DNA of 64,000 bases from Cyanophora paradoxa CCMP329. Taxonomy: Eukaryota; Plantae; Glaucophyta. Under the pieces are notes generated by a model. It was given only the letters and a program-made list of their open reading frames with translations. It did not search any database and was not told where the DNA came from. This document shows positions 35,455 through 48,200 of the stretch, in pieces. The position numbers were made by a program, and so were the translations under genes. Numbering within the stretch: position 1 is the first letter of the stretch; each line of letters begins with the position of its first letter. The DNA lies in the NCBI GenBank assembly GCA_004431415.1, contig QPMI01000064.1:1-64000 (forward strand), in the 5' to 3' direction.

Positions 35455-38400
35455 TCACAGCGAGCGGAGGCTGGGGAGGCCGCCCTCGGGGGGTACGAGC
35501 CCCGCGGCGGCCGCGAGGGCGCGGACCTCGGGTACGATGACGCGGGAGACGCGTGACGCGGCGGCCGCGAGGAACTTGAACTCGTCCAGGATCTTCCGGG
35601 GTACGTCGTACGGGAACGCGGCCGCGGGGTCCTTGCCGGCGATCGCGAGGCCGATCGCCTCGTACACAGCGCCCAGCGGGTCGTGCTTGGGGCCCCCCGG
35701 CGCCCCCGCCGAAGAGGCGGCGCGCGCGGGGCCCGGGGTGGCGGGGGAGGGCGAGGGGATGGAGGGGGTAGCCGGGGGAGCGAGGGCTGCGGCCGAGAGA
35801 GAGGCGGAGGAGGAGGCGAAGGCGGGGGCGGAGGGGGCGCTGGTTGGGTTTGCTGCTGCCTGGCCGGGCAGAGCCGCCGCGGCCGCCGCCGACGTCATCG
35901 ATGATGCTCCCGCGGCGGCACCGGCGGCGGCGCCAGCGGCCTGGCTCAGCCACGTGCCCTGCTGCTGCGCGGTGTACGCCTGCCAGTACGCATACCACTG
36001 CGCCTGTGCCTCGGGGCTCATCGAGTCCCACTGCGTCTGCTGCTGGGGCTGGCCAGCGGCCGGCTGGAACGCCTGCGCCTGCTGCTGAGGCTGAGGCGGC
36101 TGCTGCTGAGGCGGCTGCTGAGGCTGCGGCGGCGGCTGCTGAGGCTGCTGCTGCTTGCCCAACGTCCGCTGAAAGGCCTCCTGCTGAGACGGCATCCAGC
36201 TCGGCTGCTGCTGGTGCTGGTGCTGGTGCGGGAAGGATGGGCGAGCGCCCGGTTGCATAGAGGGGCCGGGGGCGCCCGGAGGCGGGAAGCCGGGGCCCGC
36301 GGGGGGGAAGGGGCCGGGGCCGGGGCCGGGGCGCTGGGACCTGGGCGGAGAGTCCCGCCGGGGGCGGGCGGACGGCCGGCGGTCGGGGCTGCGACTCGGG
36401 CTTCGGCGGCCCCGCGGCGAGCGCCGCCCGGCGCCCTGGCTCGGATCCTCTCGACCGCCTCCGTCCCGGCTCGGCCTCTCCCGAGGCGGCGACCGCTTAT
36501 GATCGCCGCGCCCGTCGCGGCTGCTGCCCTCGCGGCCCGGCCGCTCGCGCGGCGGCGACCGCTTAGGATCTCCGCCGCGCCCGTCGCGGCTGCTGCCCTC
36601 GCGGGTCGGCCGCTCGCGCGGCGGCGACCGCTTGGGCTGCCGCCGCGCCCGTCCCGGCTGCTGCCCTCACGATTTGGCTTGTCCCGAGGCGGCGACCGCT
36701 TGGGGCTGCTGCCGCGCCCGTCGCGGCTGCTGCCCTCACGATTTGGCTTGTCCCGAGGCGGCGACCGCTTGGGGCTGCTGCCGCGCCCGTCCCGGCTGCT
36801 GCCCTCGCGGGTCGGCCGCTCGCGCGGCGGCGACCGCTTGGGGCTGCCGCCGCGCCCGTCGCGGCTGCTGCCCTCACGATTTGGCTTGTCCCCAGGCGGC
36901 GATCGCTTGGGGCTGCCGCCGCGCCCGTCGCGGCTGCTGCCCTCGCGGCCCGGCCGCTCGCGCGGCGGCGACCGCTTGGGGCTGTTTCCGCGCCCGCCGC
37001 CCTCGCGCCGGGGCGATGGCCGATCCCCGGGCGCGATGTCTCGCCGGGGGCGGGGCGGGGAGGAACGGGAAGGGACGGTGCCGGGTCCGTCCGCCGGCGG
37101 CGGGCGCGGGGCGTCGGCCGCGGGAGGGGTGGAGGGACGCTTCGCCGAATCGGAGTCGGCGCGCGGGGGTGGGGAATTGGAGCGCCGGGGGGAAGCGACG
37201 GGGGCGGCGGCGGGCGCGGGCGCAGCGGCGGGGGCCTGTGGGGCCTCCGAGGGGGCGGAGAGGGGGAAGGGAGACGCGGCGGGCGAGGCCGAGGGCGAGG
37301 GTTCGGCTACGGCCGGCTCCATCTCCGCGAACCGGTTCCGCCGCGGCTCGGGCTTGGAAGAAGCCGGCGCCGGCTCCTCTGAGAGGCGCTGGCCGTCGGG
37401 GGAGGCGGCCGGGGAGGGAGGCCAGCACTCTGCGTCGCGCTGGTGCTCGGAATCGGCTGAGATGTCCGCCCGCCCGCAGTACGTCGCCCGGAGCGTGCAG
37501 AGGTCCGTGTCGGGGTACAGGTCCCTCCTGTGCAGGGGGGACGCCGTCGGTCCCGGCGGGGCGCGGGGGGGGGGGGGATGACGGGGAAGGGTACCCGGTG
37601 AAGGCGCGCTTTGCGTCGCGGGCCACTTTGGGCGATTCAAAGACGACGCGCGCGTGCGTCAGGCCGCGGTGCCTGAACACACGCAAGGCCACAACCTGGG
37701 AGGGGGGGAGGAGTCGGGGGGGGGGGAGGCAGCGGGCGAGGGGGTACGTTTACCTTCGCCTCGCGCTGGAAGACGGGCAGCAGGTCCGCGAGCTTCAGCG
37801 GGCGCCGCTGGGGAGGGTCGTCGGGAGGGGTACGCAAACGAGAAGGGGGCAGCACGTCAACGGGGGGTACCTGGTCCGTGACGCAGACGTGGAGAACGGA
37901 TCCGGGCTCCGCGTCGCCGTCGAGCTCATCCAACGAGAGCCGGTACAAGAGCTCCTCCTCCTTCGCGAGGAACGCCTCGCAGCCCTTCGAGACCTGGCCC
38001 TGCGGGGGTACGTGCGGCTCGACCCTGCCCGAGGCGAAACGGAACACGGGGGGGGGGGGGGTACCTGATGGACGGCCTCGCAGAAGCGCTTCGCGCTGTC
38101 GACGGTCCGGAAGCGAACGAAGGCTTTCCCGCCAGTGCCCACAACCACCACCTGGTCCGCGGCTCGGCACGGGTACCGGTTCGGCGCTTCGGTGAGAGGG
38201 AATTGCAGACCTCAGCGATCTCTCCGTGTGCCCCAGCCAGTTTCTGTACCTTCCCCGCGTTCGCCCGTCCCGAGCTGAGACGCGGGTCAGCTCCAGCTGC
38301 GGCGACGAGCGGGGCGGGGCGGGGCGGGGCGGGGCGGGGCGGGGCGGGGCGGGGCGAACCTGACTCCGCGGACGTAGACCAGCGGCGAGATCGATTGCAT

Positions 38401-39034
38401 CGCCGCCAGCGCAGCAGGCTTGGCCTCCTCTGTGGCAGACTGTTGGCTCGTTGCCGACACGCGCGACTTGGAGGCGTCGTTCTCGATGCCGGCGTCGCCC
38501 GCCGGCGCTGCTGGCTCGCTGGGCTGTTCGGTGTCGCCGTCGGCTGCGGGCTTCTCACTCTCTGCAGCTGGCTCGGCGCCCCGCTTCCTGCGCTTCGAAG
38601 GCGACGCCGTGACCTTGTCGCCGGCCTTCTTCTTCGAGCCGGACGGTGGCTGCGGCGCGTCGTCCTTCGCTGCCGTTTCCTCCGCTGCTTCGCTCTTGAG
38701 TTCGCTCCATGACTCCGCGGTCTTGCTTGGCGCAACCCGACGCGTTTTCGACTTCGGCGGCATGTTCGCTGGGGGAGGCGGCGGCTTTTCCTGCTTCTCT
38801 TCTTTCACGGAGGCCGCGACAGGCAGGGGCGAGGCGCTCTCCGACGCGCCCCCGGCAACGCTAGCTGTTTCGCTTCCCGCGTCTGACGTGCTGCGGGGAG
38901 GATCGATATCGGAAATGAGGACATCAAGGTCGCGCGGCTTCTTACCCTGGCACGCTCGCGGTGGTTGGCGTAGCAGGCGAGTCCGCGCTCGCCTCCTTGC
39001 GCTTCGTGCGCCTCCCCCACGTGCACACTGACAT
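35455..39034 (-). CDS. PTB/hnRNP-L-like RRM RNA-binding protein with SP/RS-type repeats
   Basis: RRM1 reads GEIAE..VVVVGTGGKAFVRFRTVDSAKRF. RRM2 reads GSVLHVCVTD...LADLLPVFQREAK|VVALRVFRHRGLTHARVVFESPKVARDAKRAFTG|RDLYPDTDLCTLRATY, resembling PTB RRM2. A 1-nt deletion near 36633 shifts the frame. The start codon is tentative. Confidence 0.65.
36485..36990 (-). repeat. About 8 tandem copies of a 69-bp coding repeat (SPKRSPPRDKPNREGSSRDGRG[S/G])
   Basis: CGACCGCTT-type anchors recur near 36490, 36557, 36625, 36693, 36762, 36831, 36900 and 36969. Confidence 0.9.
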
Positions 39035-39115
39035 GGACGACGCACTCGGCCGGACGCTGCGAACTCGCCAAGACGGGTACAGTCGAAGGCAAAGCCCAAC
39101 TCCCGCACCTACACG
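39035..39115. promoter_or_regulatory. Probable very compact bidirectional promoter
   Basis: Predicted start codons of the RRM gene (-) and p24 (+) are only 81 bp apart, head to head. The RRM start is tentative. Confidence 0.5.
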
Positions 39116-40118
39116 ATGCGTCGGGCCCTACTGCTGCTGGCGCTCGCCGCGGTCGCCTCGGCGATCAGCTTCTCGATTGAGCCGCAGCGCGAAGAGTGCT
39201 TCTACCAGGGTGAGCCATCCAACGTCTCAAGGTCCCGCTCCCGCGATGCACGCGCTGACCGCCGGCCGGTGCGGTGCAGAGGTGAATGCCAATGTCAAGG
39301 TGTCGGGCTCGTTCCACGTGAGCAGCGGCGGCATGCTGGACATAGACATGAAGGCGAGTGCCGGCCATCGCGCGCGCCATCGGCCGCCGTCTGGCGCTCT
39401 TTTCGGTTGCCGCTCAGCGGCTGACGCGCGTGTGTCCTGCGCAGATCATGTCCCCGACCGACAAGGTCCTGTACCAGATTGAGAAGCAGTCCGAGGGCAA
39501 GTTCGCGTTCTCCGCGGAGACCACCGGCACCTACAAGATCTGCTTCTCGAACAGGATGTCGACCCTCACCGCCAAGACCGTCACCGTGCGCGGTTCAAAC
39601 AGGGCCGCCAAACCCATTTCGTTGACAGCTCCGCCGCAGTTCTCGTTCAACGCCGAGGACCACGAGAGCGCGCTCGCGAAGCAGGGTGCGCGCTTGCGAC
39701 GCCGCGCGGAAGTCCGCGTGGCTTCCGCGCGCTCACTCCCCGGCAGAGCGCCTGTCGCCCCTGGAGCAGGCGATCCTGAAGCTGGCTGAGGGCCTCGACG
39801 CGATTGAGAGCGAGCAGAAGTACATGCGCCTCCGCGAGCGCGTCCACCGTGCCACTTCGGAGTCCACCAACAGGTCTCTTCGCCCGCCGTTTCGAACCGC
39901 GCGCGCGATTTGATCCGCGCCCCGGCAGCCGCGTGCTCTGGTGGTCGTTCTTCGAGGCGTGCCTGCTCGTCGGCATGACCCTCTGGCAGGTACGCCCGCG
40001 CTCGCACGGCCCGCCGGCCCGCCGGCCCGCCGGCCCGCGTTTTCGTGCGCTTACCCTCGTTCCCTCCCGTCAGATCTTCTACCTCCGCCGCTTCTTCGAG
40101 GTCAAGCGCGTCGTATAG
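39116..40118 (+). CDS. EMP24: p24/emp24/gp25L family cargo receptor (p24-beta type), 7 exons
   Basis: Signal peptide MRRALLLLALAAVASA, GOLD domain (EECFYQ...GTYKICFSNRMSTLTAKTV), coiled coil (EQKYMRLRERVHRATSESTNSRV), TM, and cytosolic tail YLRRFFEVKRVV*. Confidence 0.95.
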
Positions 40119-40327
40119 AGGCTTCCTTAGCTGTAGATAGTAGGCCCTGCGTGCGTTCTCTTTGCTATTATTCAACCACACGTTACACCGGCGTGCCGCC
40201 GCCCCCGTGGGACTGCCCGCGCACGCCGCAAATACCCAGAATTCGAATTTGAATTCCAGGCGAACAGCGAACAGAGTACAACGCAGTCACCGCTTCGCAA
40301 GGACTACTACCCTAGAAGCTCTCCGGC

Positions 40328-43200
40328 CTACTCCGCGATGGGCTCGGCAGCCTGTGAGACGGGGCCGGGTCAGCGACGTCGACGCGAGAAGCGGGCCCGG
40401 GCGGATGAAGCCGGGCAGCAGGAGGGAGGGCACTGAGGGGCAGAGGCGGGCAGGAGGAGGGAAGGCGCGCGGGCCATCGCACGGAGTCGAAGCAAAGCTA
40501 TCTTTCTCTGTACTATCTCCGCACATTCTGCTAAGACGGGGCAGGCGGGGATGCGCCTCGCCTTTCTCCGTCCATTCTGCTAAAGACAGCCGGGAGGGGA
40601 GGCGCGCGGGCCATCACAAAGAAGCAGAGCTATCTCCGTACTTCTTCTTAAGCTTCCGCCCATTTTAAGAGGGGGCAGGCGGGGAGGCGCCTCGCCTCGG
40701 ATCTCTCTCATCTTCTTCCGAGCCGCGCTCGGATCTAATTTTAGACGGAGGAGAGGGCGCGCCTGCTTCTGGGCCTCGTCGCGGAGCTCGTCGAAGAGGA
40801 CGGAGGAGAGGTAGCGCTCTCCGAACGACGGGATGATCACCTGCGGGGGGGTACGTGTACAGTCAACGTCTGTTCGGTCCGTTCGGTCCGTTCAGTCTTT
40901 CGGTCTAGGGGGCAGGGCAGCGGGCGTCGACCCCCGGCGGAGCAGCTCGATGGCAGACAGACTGCTGTAGCCGAGTCTACTAGCTAAGCGCTCCGCTCTA
41001 GATTCGAAGGCAGATCGCTATGGACTCGGTGGATTCGAGCAGCGGCCCCGGGGGTACGCACCACGACGAGCTTGCCGGCGTTCTCGGGGCGCTTGGCCAC
41101 CTGCGGGAGGTACAGCTGAGCCCCCGGGGGGGAATAGAGGAGGGGGGGGGGGGGGGGGGGGGGCACCTCGATGGCGGCGGAGACGGCGGCGCCGGACGAG
41201 ATGCCGACCAGCAGGCCCTCCTCCGTCGCTGTACCCCGATCTTTCAGACAGACCCCCCGGGGAGGGCGGGAGGGGGGAAGAACAGGGTACGGGTACGGGG
41301 CCGCACCGAGCTTACGGGCCATCTCGATGGCAGACTGGCTGGGCACCTTGACGACCTCGTCGTAGACCTGGGGTACGGGATCATTGTAGGGCAGGGGGGG
41401 GGGGGGAGCGGGGGCGGAATAGACGCACGTTAGTGTTCAGGATGTCGGGAACGAAGCCTATGGGGGTACGGCGGTTCAGGAGACGCGAGGGAGGGAGACC
41501 GGGGAGAAGAGAAGGAGGGCGTACCGGCGCCGATGCCCTGGATTTTGTGGGGGCCGGGGGCGCCCCCGGAGAGGATGGGGGACTCCTCCGGCTCCACCGC
41601 CACGACCTGTACCCCTGTTCGGACCGGGTACCACAACTACAACAGAATAAGTGTACGCGCCTTCACGGCGGCGTTCTGCTTCTTCAGGTACGAGCCGGTA
41701 CCCGTGATCGTGCCGCCGGTGCCGACGCCCGACACGAAGATGTCGACCTGGGGTACGCGCGGGCGCGGTTCGGCCGGCCGGCTCGCCCCGGGGGGTACGG
41801 GCGCGCGCCTTGCCGTTGGTGTCGCGCCAGATCTCGGGGCCGGTGGTCTCGACGTGGACCTTTGGGTTGTCGGGGTTGGCTGCGGGAGTACGAGACTCGT
41901 TCGTGAGCATCGAAGATCGCTCCTGGGGTACAGCGGACGAAACGAGGGCGCACCGAACTGCTGCAGGATGACCGAGTTCGGAATCTGGAGGAATTCGAAG
42001 GGCGGTCAGGCCGGCGACTCGAGCTGAGGGGAGGGTACACAATTGAAGCGCGCCTTGGCCTTGTACTCCTCCGCCTTGGCAATGGCACCCTTCATGCCCT
42101 TAGCGCCGGGGGTGAGGACCTGCCCGCAGAGCAAAGTGAGGAGAAGGTTTCGGGAAGCCAGTCCTGCCCGGGGGGAGGGCGGGGCGCGGCCGGGGTACGG
42201 CATTGCGCACGAGCTTGGCGCCGAAGGCCTTCAGGAGGACGCGGCGCTCGAGGGACATCGTGTCGGGCCTGGGGGGTACGAGAGCGTCGGGGGCGGGGTA
42301 CGGGTTCGGCGGCGGGCAGCCGGGGACGAACATGGTGATGATGAGGTCGTAGCCGCGGGCCGCGGCGATGAACGCGAGGGCGATTCCGGTGTTGCCGCTC
42401 GTGGGCTCGATCTGCCGGGGCGCCGAAGTTCGGAAGGGACGGGACGAACAGGGGCGGGCGCGGCGGGGCAGAGCAGTCGGGTAGCGTTTGCGCACGAGGG
42501 TAGTCTTGCCTGGCGATAACGAGTCAGGCGGTTGCGCGGCCGGGGCGGCGGGGCGGAGCGGAGCGGGGCGGGCGGGCCGAACCGGGGGCGATGTCCCCGC
42601 GCTTCTCAGCCTCGAGGATCATGCTCGCGCCGATGCGATCCTTGACGGACGCGCAGATGTTCTGCGTGCACGTTTGAGTTCAAGCGAGCGGCTCCCTGCG
42701 AGGCGGCGGCGGGGCGGGGCGGGACCATCATCTCGAGCTTGGCGGCGATCTTAGCGACGCAGCTGGGCGGGAGGGCGTGAGAGGCGACCAAATCTATGAT
42801 TCGGGGCACACCCACCCCGCATCCTTCGCGACCTTGTTGAGGTAGACGAGCGGCGTGTCGCCGATGAGGTCTGCTGGCGGCTTCAGACTCGGCAAGCGGC
42901 GCGGCGTGCGGGGCTGGGCTAGCCAGTCACGCTCTCCGCGATGCGCAGGCCGTCGGCGTTCGGCGCCACGCTCGCCGTCGGAACGAACGCCGGGCCCTCG
43001 GGGGCGGCGAAGACCCTCCGCGCCGAGAAGCGGCGGCGCTGAGCGAAGTCGCTGCCACTGGAGCCGACGTTCGAGCGGGCGCCGACGAAGCTGGAGCGCT
43101 TGACGGCCTGGCGGGCGGCGGGGCGGGTCGCCGAGGCCGCCGGCTGGGTCCACGCGGACTGGCTCAGCGCGCCGGCGGCGGCGAGGGTTGTGAATGCCAT
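40328..43200 (-). CDS. cysK: Cysteine synthase (O-acetylserine thiol-lyase), plastid-targeted
   Basis: Transit peptide [14 protein letters not shown]..., then [25 protein letters not shown] (PLP Lys), [62 protein letters not shown]; last exon AAEPIAE*. Confidence 0.95.
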
Positions 43201-43644
43201 CTGCGACGGATCTGTTAACTCTCGTTGAAGGCAGGCCTCGCATCAGGCCCAGCGGCGGGTTCGCACGATCCGCGGTCGAACTTCCGAGTAACCGTCCACG
43301 GTCTGCACCCCCCCCCCCCCCCGATTTGAGCCTGCACATGCTCCGGCCCGTCCGAGTCCGTCCTCGCTCACACTCTGTCGGATTCAACTTCGTTTCCATG
43401 GCTGCTAACGCTGGCTGGCATCAGCGCCGGTCGCGAATTCGAGACATAGGCTGAACTCAGTTACCGTAGTACTTCTATATTCAATGATTCCCGGAAAGAC
43501 TCGTCTGCTACTTTACAGGCTACGCGCATGCGACATGGAGATACAAAATATGGCAAAACTGGCGGGCACGCCCGGCGCCGACGGGCGGGCGCCCCCCGCG
43601 CCCGGCCGGGCCCAACGGACGCGCACGCGACGGCGGCGCGGCGC

Positions 43645-44957
43645 TCACTTCGGCCACGACTGGGACGCGGCCAGAGCGGCCGAAATCGCGCCGCAAAGGC
43701 CAATGTAACGCGGGGACTGTCCGGAGACGCGTCAGCGGGGGCGGGGGCGGGGGCGGGGGCGCTCAATCATATCTGAGCGGACCTGCGCCCACTTCTGGTT
43801 GGGGAACGAGAAGCAGATCGCCGGCTGCGCAAATCGAGGGCCGAATCAGAGTCGCGAAACTAGGAGAAGAGATCAAATTCAGGGGCGGCGGGCCTGCAGG
43901 TCGAAGAAGTTCTTGACGATGTTGATGGTGAGCGCCTTCTGCTTCTTGTAGGAAGCCACGAGGCTCTGGCGGACGACCCCGAGCTCCGCCTCCAGCGCTT
44001 TCCCCGTCTGCGGCGGCGGGGGGCACGCGCGCGCGCGCTCGGCTCGTGCGCGCGCGGGGCGCGCGCGCCCGCCCGCCGCGAACGCACCTCGTCGCTCCGG
44101 TCGCCGGCGTGCACCGCGGTCAGCTTGGAGAGCAGCACGTGCTGCTTCTCCCTGAGGCGCCTCATGACCGTCTTCTCGAGCGTCAGCCGCTGGCAGTCCG
44201 CGATGATGTGCAGGACGCAGTCGAACATCCACCTGCGCACGGCGGGTCGGGGGCGGCGGGCGCGGCCGGGGCGCGGGGATTGCGCAGCGGGGGCGTGCGC
44301 ACGCGATGCTGGAGTAGAGGTACATCTTCTCCGAGTTGTACCTGAGCACGCCTAGCCTGGAGAGGAACGCGACGTTGTCGAAGAAGAAGAAGAGCGCCAG
44401 GCCGAGGTCGCCTCCCATGGACAGCGTCTTGATCTGCGATGCGAGGCGGATCGGAAATGCGGCTTGTGCGAGGGCCGCACGGCGGCGCGAGGCCCCGCGG
44501 CAGCGGCGCACCATGGGGTCCTTGTCCGAGTTCTTCGACATGTTGATGAGCGTGTTGATCCACTTGCCGAGACGGAACATCTTGCGGCTGTTCCCCGCGG
44601 TGATCTCCAGCACGGGCCAGAGCGGCGTGAGCTTCGAGCCCGGCGCCGTGCGCTTCCAGTGCGCGCCGAGTCCCTTGCTGCCGTACTGTACAACCTTGCA
44701 GATCTTGTCACGTGCTGCACGCAAAGGACACGTAAACGTTAGATGCAAGCGAAAGCGAGTGCGACTGAGGCGATGGCGAGCTTGTGGGCAGCGGTCGGCA
44801 CAGTACATAATGATTCGGCGGCGTGGCGGTTCGGGCCAGTAGAGAGGCGGCGCGGGACGGGCGCCAGGTCACTTCATCATGCGCTCGCAGCAGGGGCCGC
44901 ACCGTTCAAGTCCATGATCCACTTCCCGAACACGTCGATCGAGCTTATGGACGCCAT
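43645..44957 (-). CDS. PEX11: Peroxisomal biogenesis factor 11
   Basis: MASISSIDVFGKWIMDLN..RDKICKVVQYGSK...SRKMFRLGKWI...FFFFDNVAFLSRLG...IVKNFFDL...YIGLCGAISAALAASQSWPK* follows the PEX11 pattern (RDK..QY, RK.FRLGK, KN..D, GLCG.IS). Confidence 0.9.
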
Positions 44958-45276
44958 GTCGCGAATCCCTTCCTATAGTATCGCTCGCTGCCTTGTTGCT
45001 CTGTTCGCGCACGAAGCGGTGGGCGCAGATGGCTCGGGGCTCGGTGAGGCCGATCTGGGGGGGTATGCTTGCTGGGAAAAGGCATCTACTACTCGCGACG
45101 AGCTAGTCCGACCACCTCGCGAGCCACGGCGGCGCCGACCGCGGATTTCGGCAATATACGCTCGGCAGCGTCGATACAGTCGACCCGGGAGCGCCGGAGC
45201 TCAGAACGGCAATCCGTGGCCGCGGCGGCCGAAGCGCTCTGCACGCCTCCCATCGAAGCGCTTCGCACCTCGTGCG

Positions 45277-48200
45277 ATGGCGGAGGGCGATGCTGTCACC
45301 AGTAGAAAAGGTCCGTGCCCGTCCTCGGAGCCGGGCGGCAGCAGTGGGCGACCCGCACGCTGCCGCGTTCGATGTAGGATGGCTGTCGAGCTTGCAAATC
45401 CAATGGTATGCTCACGCCGCTCGCGTCCCCTCGCAGGCACGGGAGCGAAGAAGGGTGATGGTCGGAGACAGCAGCAGCCATCGCAGCCACAACAGCCGCA
45501 GCAGGAGGCGGTGCGCTGCGCCTCTTTCTCCTTTTATCGGTTGTTGACGGGCGACCCGCGCCCTGTCGCGCATCTCAGGACCCAAAGGCGATGCTTGCCA
45601 AGCATGAGCTCATTCGCTCCATCAACGAGGGCATCCGGCAGCGGCGCAATCAGCCGAAGACCACTTACCAGCCGCGAAGACAGCTGAAAGGTTCGTGCCC
45701 GCGCGCGCCCGCTCTCCTTCCTCTCTTCCGTTAACCCGTCCGTTCTTCGGCCACCAGCAGCAGACCAGTCCGTGTGGGGGATGCCACAGTCGCGCCTCCA
45801 TACAGAATGGACCAGCATGCCGCAGGCGGAGCGGGAATCGTTTCTGCAGCAGCATGGCAGGATCTCGAGGAGCGCTTTCGTCGAGCGCGTTGCAGATCTG
45901 ACCAAGCTCGGCACTGAGCACGCGGAGAGCATTCTCGACACAGCGCTGCGCGGCTTCGCCACGGCGGGCGTCACGTCGGAGTCGGATGAGCAGGCGTCCC
46001 TTCTGTCCGCGAAGGGCCTGATGACCGTGCCGCCTCCGCTGGCGGCGACGCAGCTCCAGAAGGTGCTCGTAGTCGCGACGTCGCGCGTGGAGGACGAGTA
46101 CGATCAGCAGCGCTACAAGTTCAGCGACAACATGAAGGAGAGCATGACGACGACGATGTCGGTCGGCCCGGGAGCCGCCGCCGCCGCCGCCGCCTCTTCC
46201 GCACCGTCCTCGCAGCAGCAGCAGATGAACGCCGAGATCGACCTCACGCCCGCCTTCTACCTGGACGAGGAGAGCGGCGCGATGACGAGCCGCACCGCGT
46301 TCCGCGTAGTGTGCAAGGAGCCCATCTTCCAGGTCGAGGCGGAGCGCGACATGATGAGCGAGGCGTCGCCCAGCGTCCACTTCACGTTCCGTTTCGTGAT
46401 CGCCCCGCTGGACGGCGCGTGCGACGCGTGGAAGCACCAGCAGGACCTGCCGCCGGCCGGGCGCGTCGTCCTCCGCTGGGACTTCACCGCGTCGGACATC
46501 CGTTCCGTTATGGGCAAGCGCGGCGGGCGCGGGAACGTCGCCTGCGCGTGCGAAGATGTGATCGAGAACGCGGACGACATTTCCTTCGACTGCAGCGGCC
46601 TCCGCGCCGAGGAGGAGGCCCCGCGCCTGGGCTATATTCAGCAGCAGCAGCCGACGACGCCGTCCCGTCGCTCGAACCAGCAGTCCCCTCCGCAGCTTCC
46701 GGGCGACGGCGCCTTGCCGCCCGCCTCCGCCTCCGCCCCCCGCTCCCCGTCCCGCCCCTGGGTCCGCTGTGAGATCTACCGCCGGGTTCGCTCCTTTCAC
46801 TCCGTTCCCTTTCGTTTCCTTTCCCTTACGCGCCGATCTTGCAGGGGGAGTACTTCATTGTCGACAAGCTGGAGATGCAGGTCAGGGGAGAGGTCCTCCT
46901 TGCGCAGTGGGGCTACCCCGTCGGAACCACGGCCCCCAAGCAATGCGCGCGGCGCACGCCGCCCAGCTGCAACCTCTGCGCGCTCATGGGGCTCGCCCGG
47001 CGGGACCTGCTCCCCGAGACGTCCCCTTGCGTCCGCCTCGTGCGCCCCCTCTTCTCTTTCTTTATCTTCGTCTTCTTCTCTGACCTCCGTGCAGGCCGAG
47101 GGCGGGCCGGACGGGTCCCAGGTGGTCGCCGAGGCCCCGGCGCACATCCCCGACTCGGCCGACGTGCCCATGACCGCCGTCTCCCTCCTCCGCTCCTCGC
47201 CCCCGGCCATACCCGACGCCGCCTACCTGAGCAACCTCCGGGTCCGTTCGCCTGCCCCCGCGCCCGCCCCTCGCCGCCCGTGCTCACGCGCAGACCTCGC
47301 AGACCTCGTACGAGAACGCGGGCATGGCGCTCCGCGTCTGCTGGGACCAGATCCGCAAGCAGGAAGCGGCGCTGGTCCAGATGGAGACTCGGCACAAGAA
47401 CGACTGGCGGGGCTCCAAGCCCCCGGATTCCGTCAACAACATGGCGAGCCCTTCCGTCCTTCCCCGCTCTCATCTTGGTCCGGCCCGCCCGCTGACCGGC
47501 CGCGTCCGTCCCGCCTCGCAGTGCCGCGCCGATCCGGGGTACATGTACGGATTCGACGTCATCTCTAGCAAGGGATTCTGGCGGGGCGGCTGCTACGAAG
47601 GCGCGCTGGCACCCGCGCCCTCGCCCGCCCACGCCCTTCCTCTTTCTGACGATATCCTCGCGCCCGCAGCCTCGAACTTCTCCCAGAACGGCCCGATCGA
47701 GCGGCTCCCGCTCTGGCGATCCCTGGACATTATGGACCTGGTCGTGCAAGTCGTCGCCCACCTCCAGGCCCGCCCCGCCCCGCCCCGCCCCGCCCCGTCC
47801 CTCCCTTCTCGTGTGCGTGAAGCCTCCTGTATCTTACGTCGTACGCGCGCAGGATTCCGAGCTCCCCTCGACGATCCGGGAGGGGTACCAGCAGCGCCGC
47901 AGGGACAAGGGCGACCTCTCGCCCTCGGCCGAGCGCAAGTGCGCGGCCATGGATCCCGCGAGCCTCGGAAGGCGTCCTCTGAATGAACCCTTTCTTTCCC
48001 TTAGGTTCCAGATCTTCGTCGCGCTCGATATCTGCAGGGACTACCTCGACCGCATCCGCAAGGTGAAGAGAGTTGGCCCTTCCTTTGCATCCCTCCCGTG
48101 CATCTCTGAGCCGGTGCGGTGCGGCAGCTGTGGGACTTTGTGTCCGTCGACGAGAACAAAGGCGAGCACACCGAGTCGGGTGCGTCCTTCCCGTGAAGGC

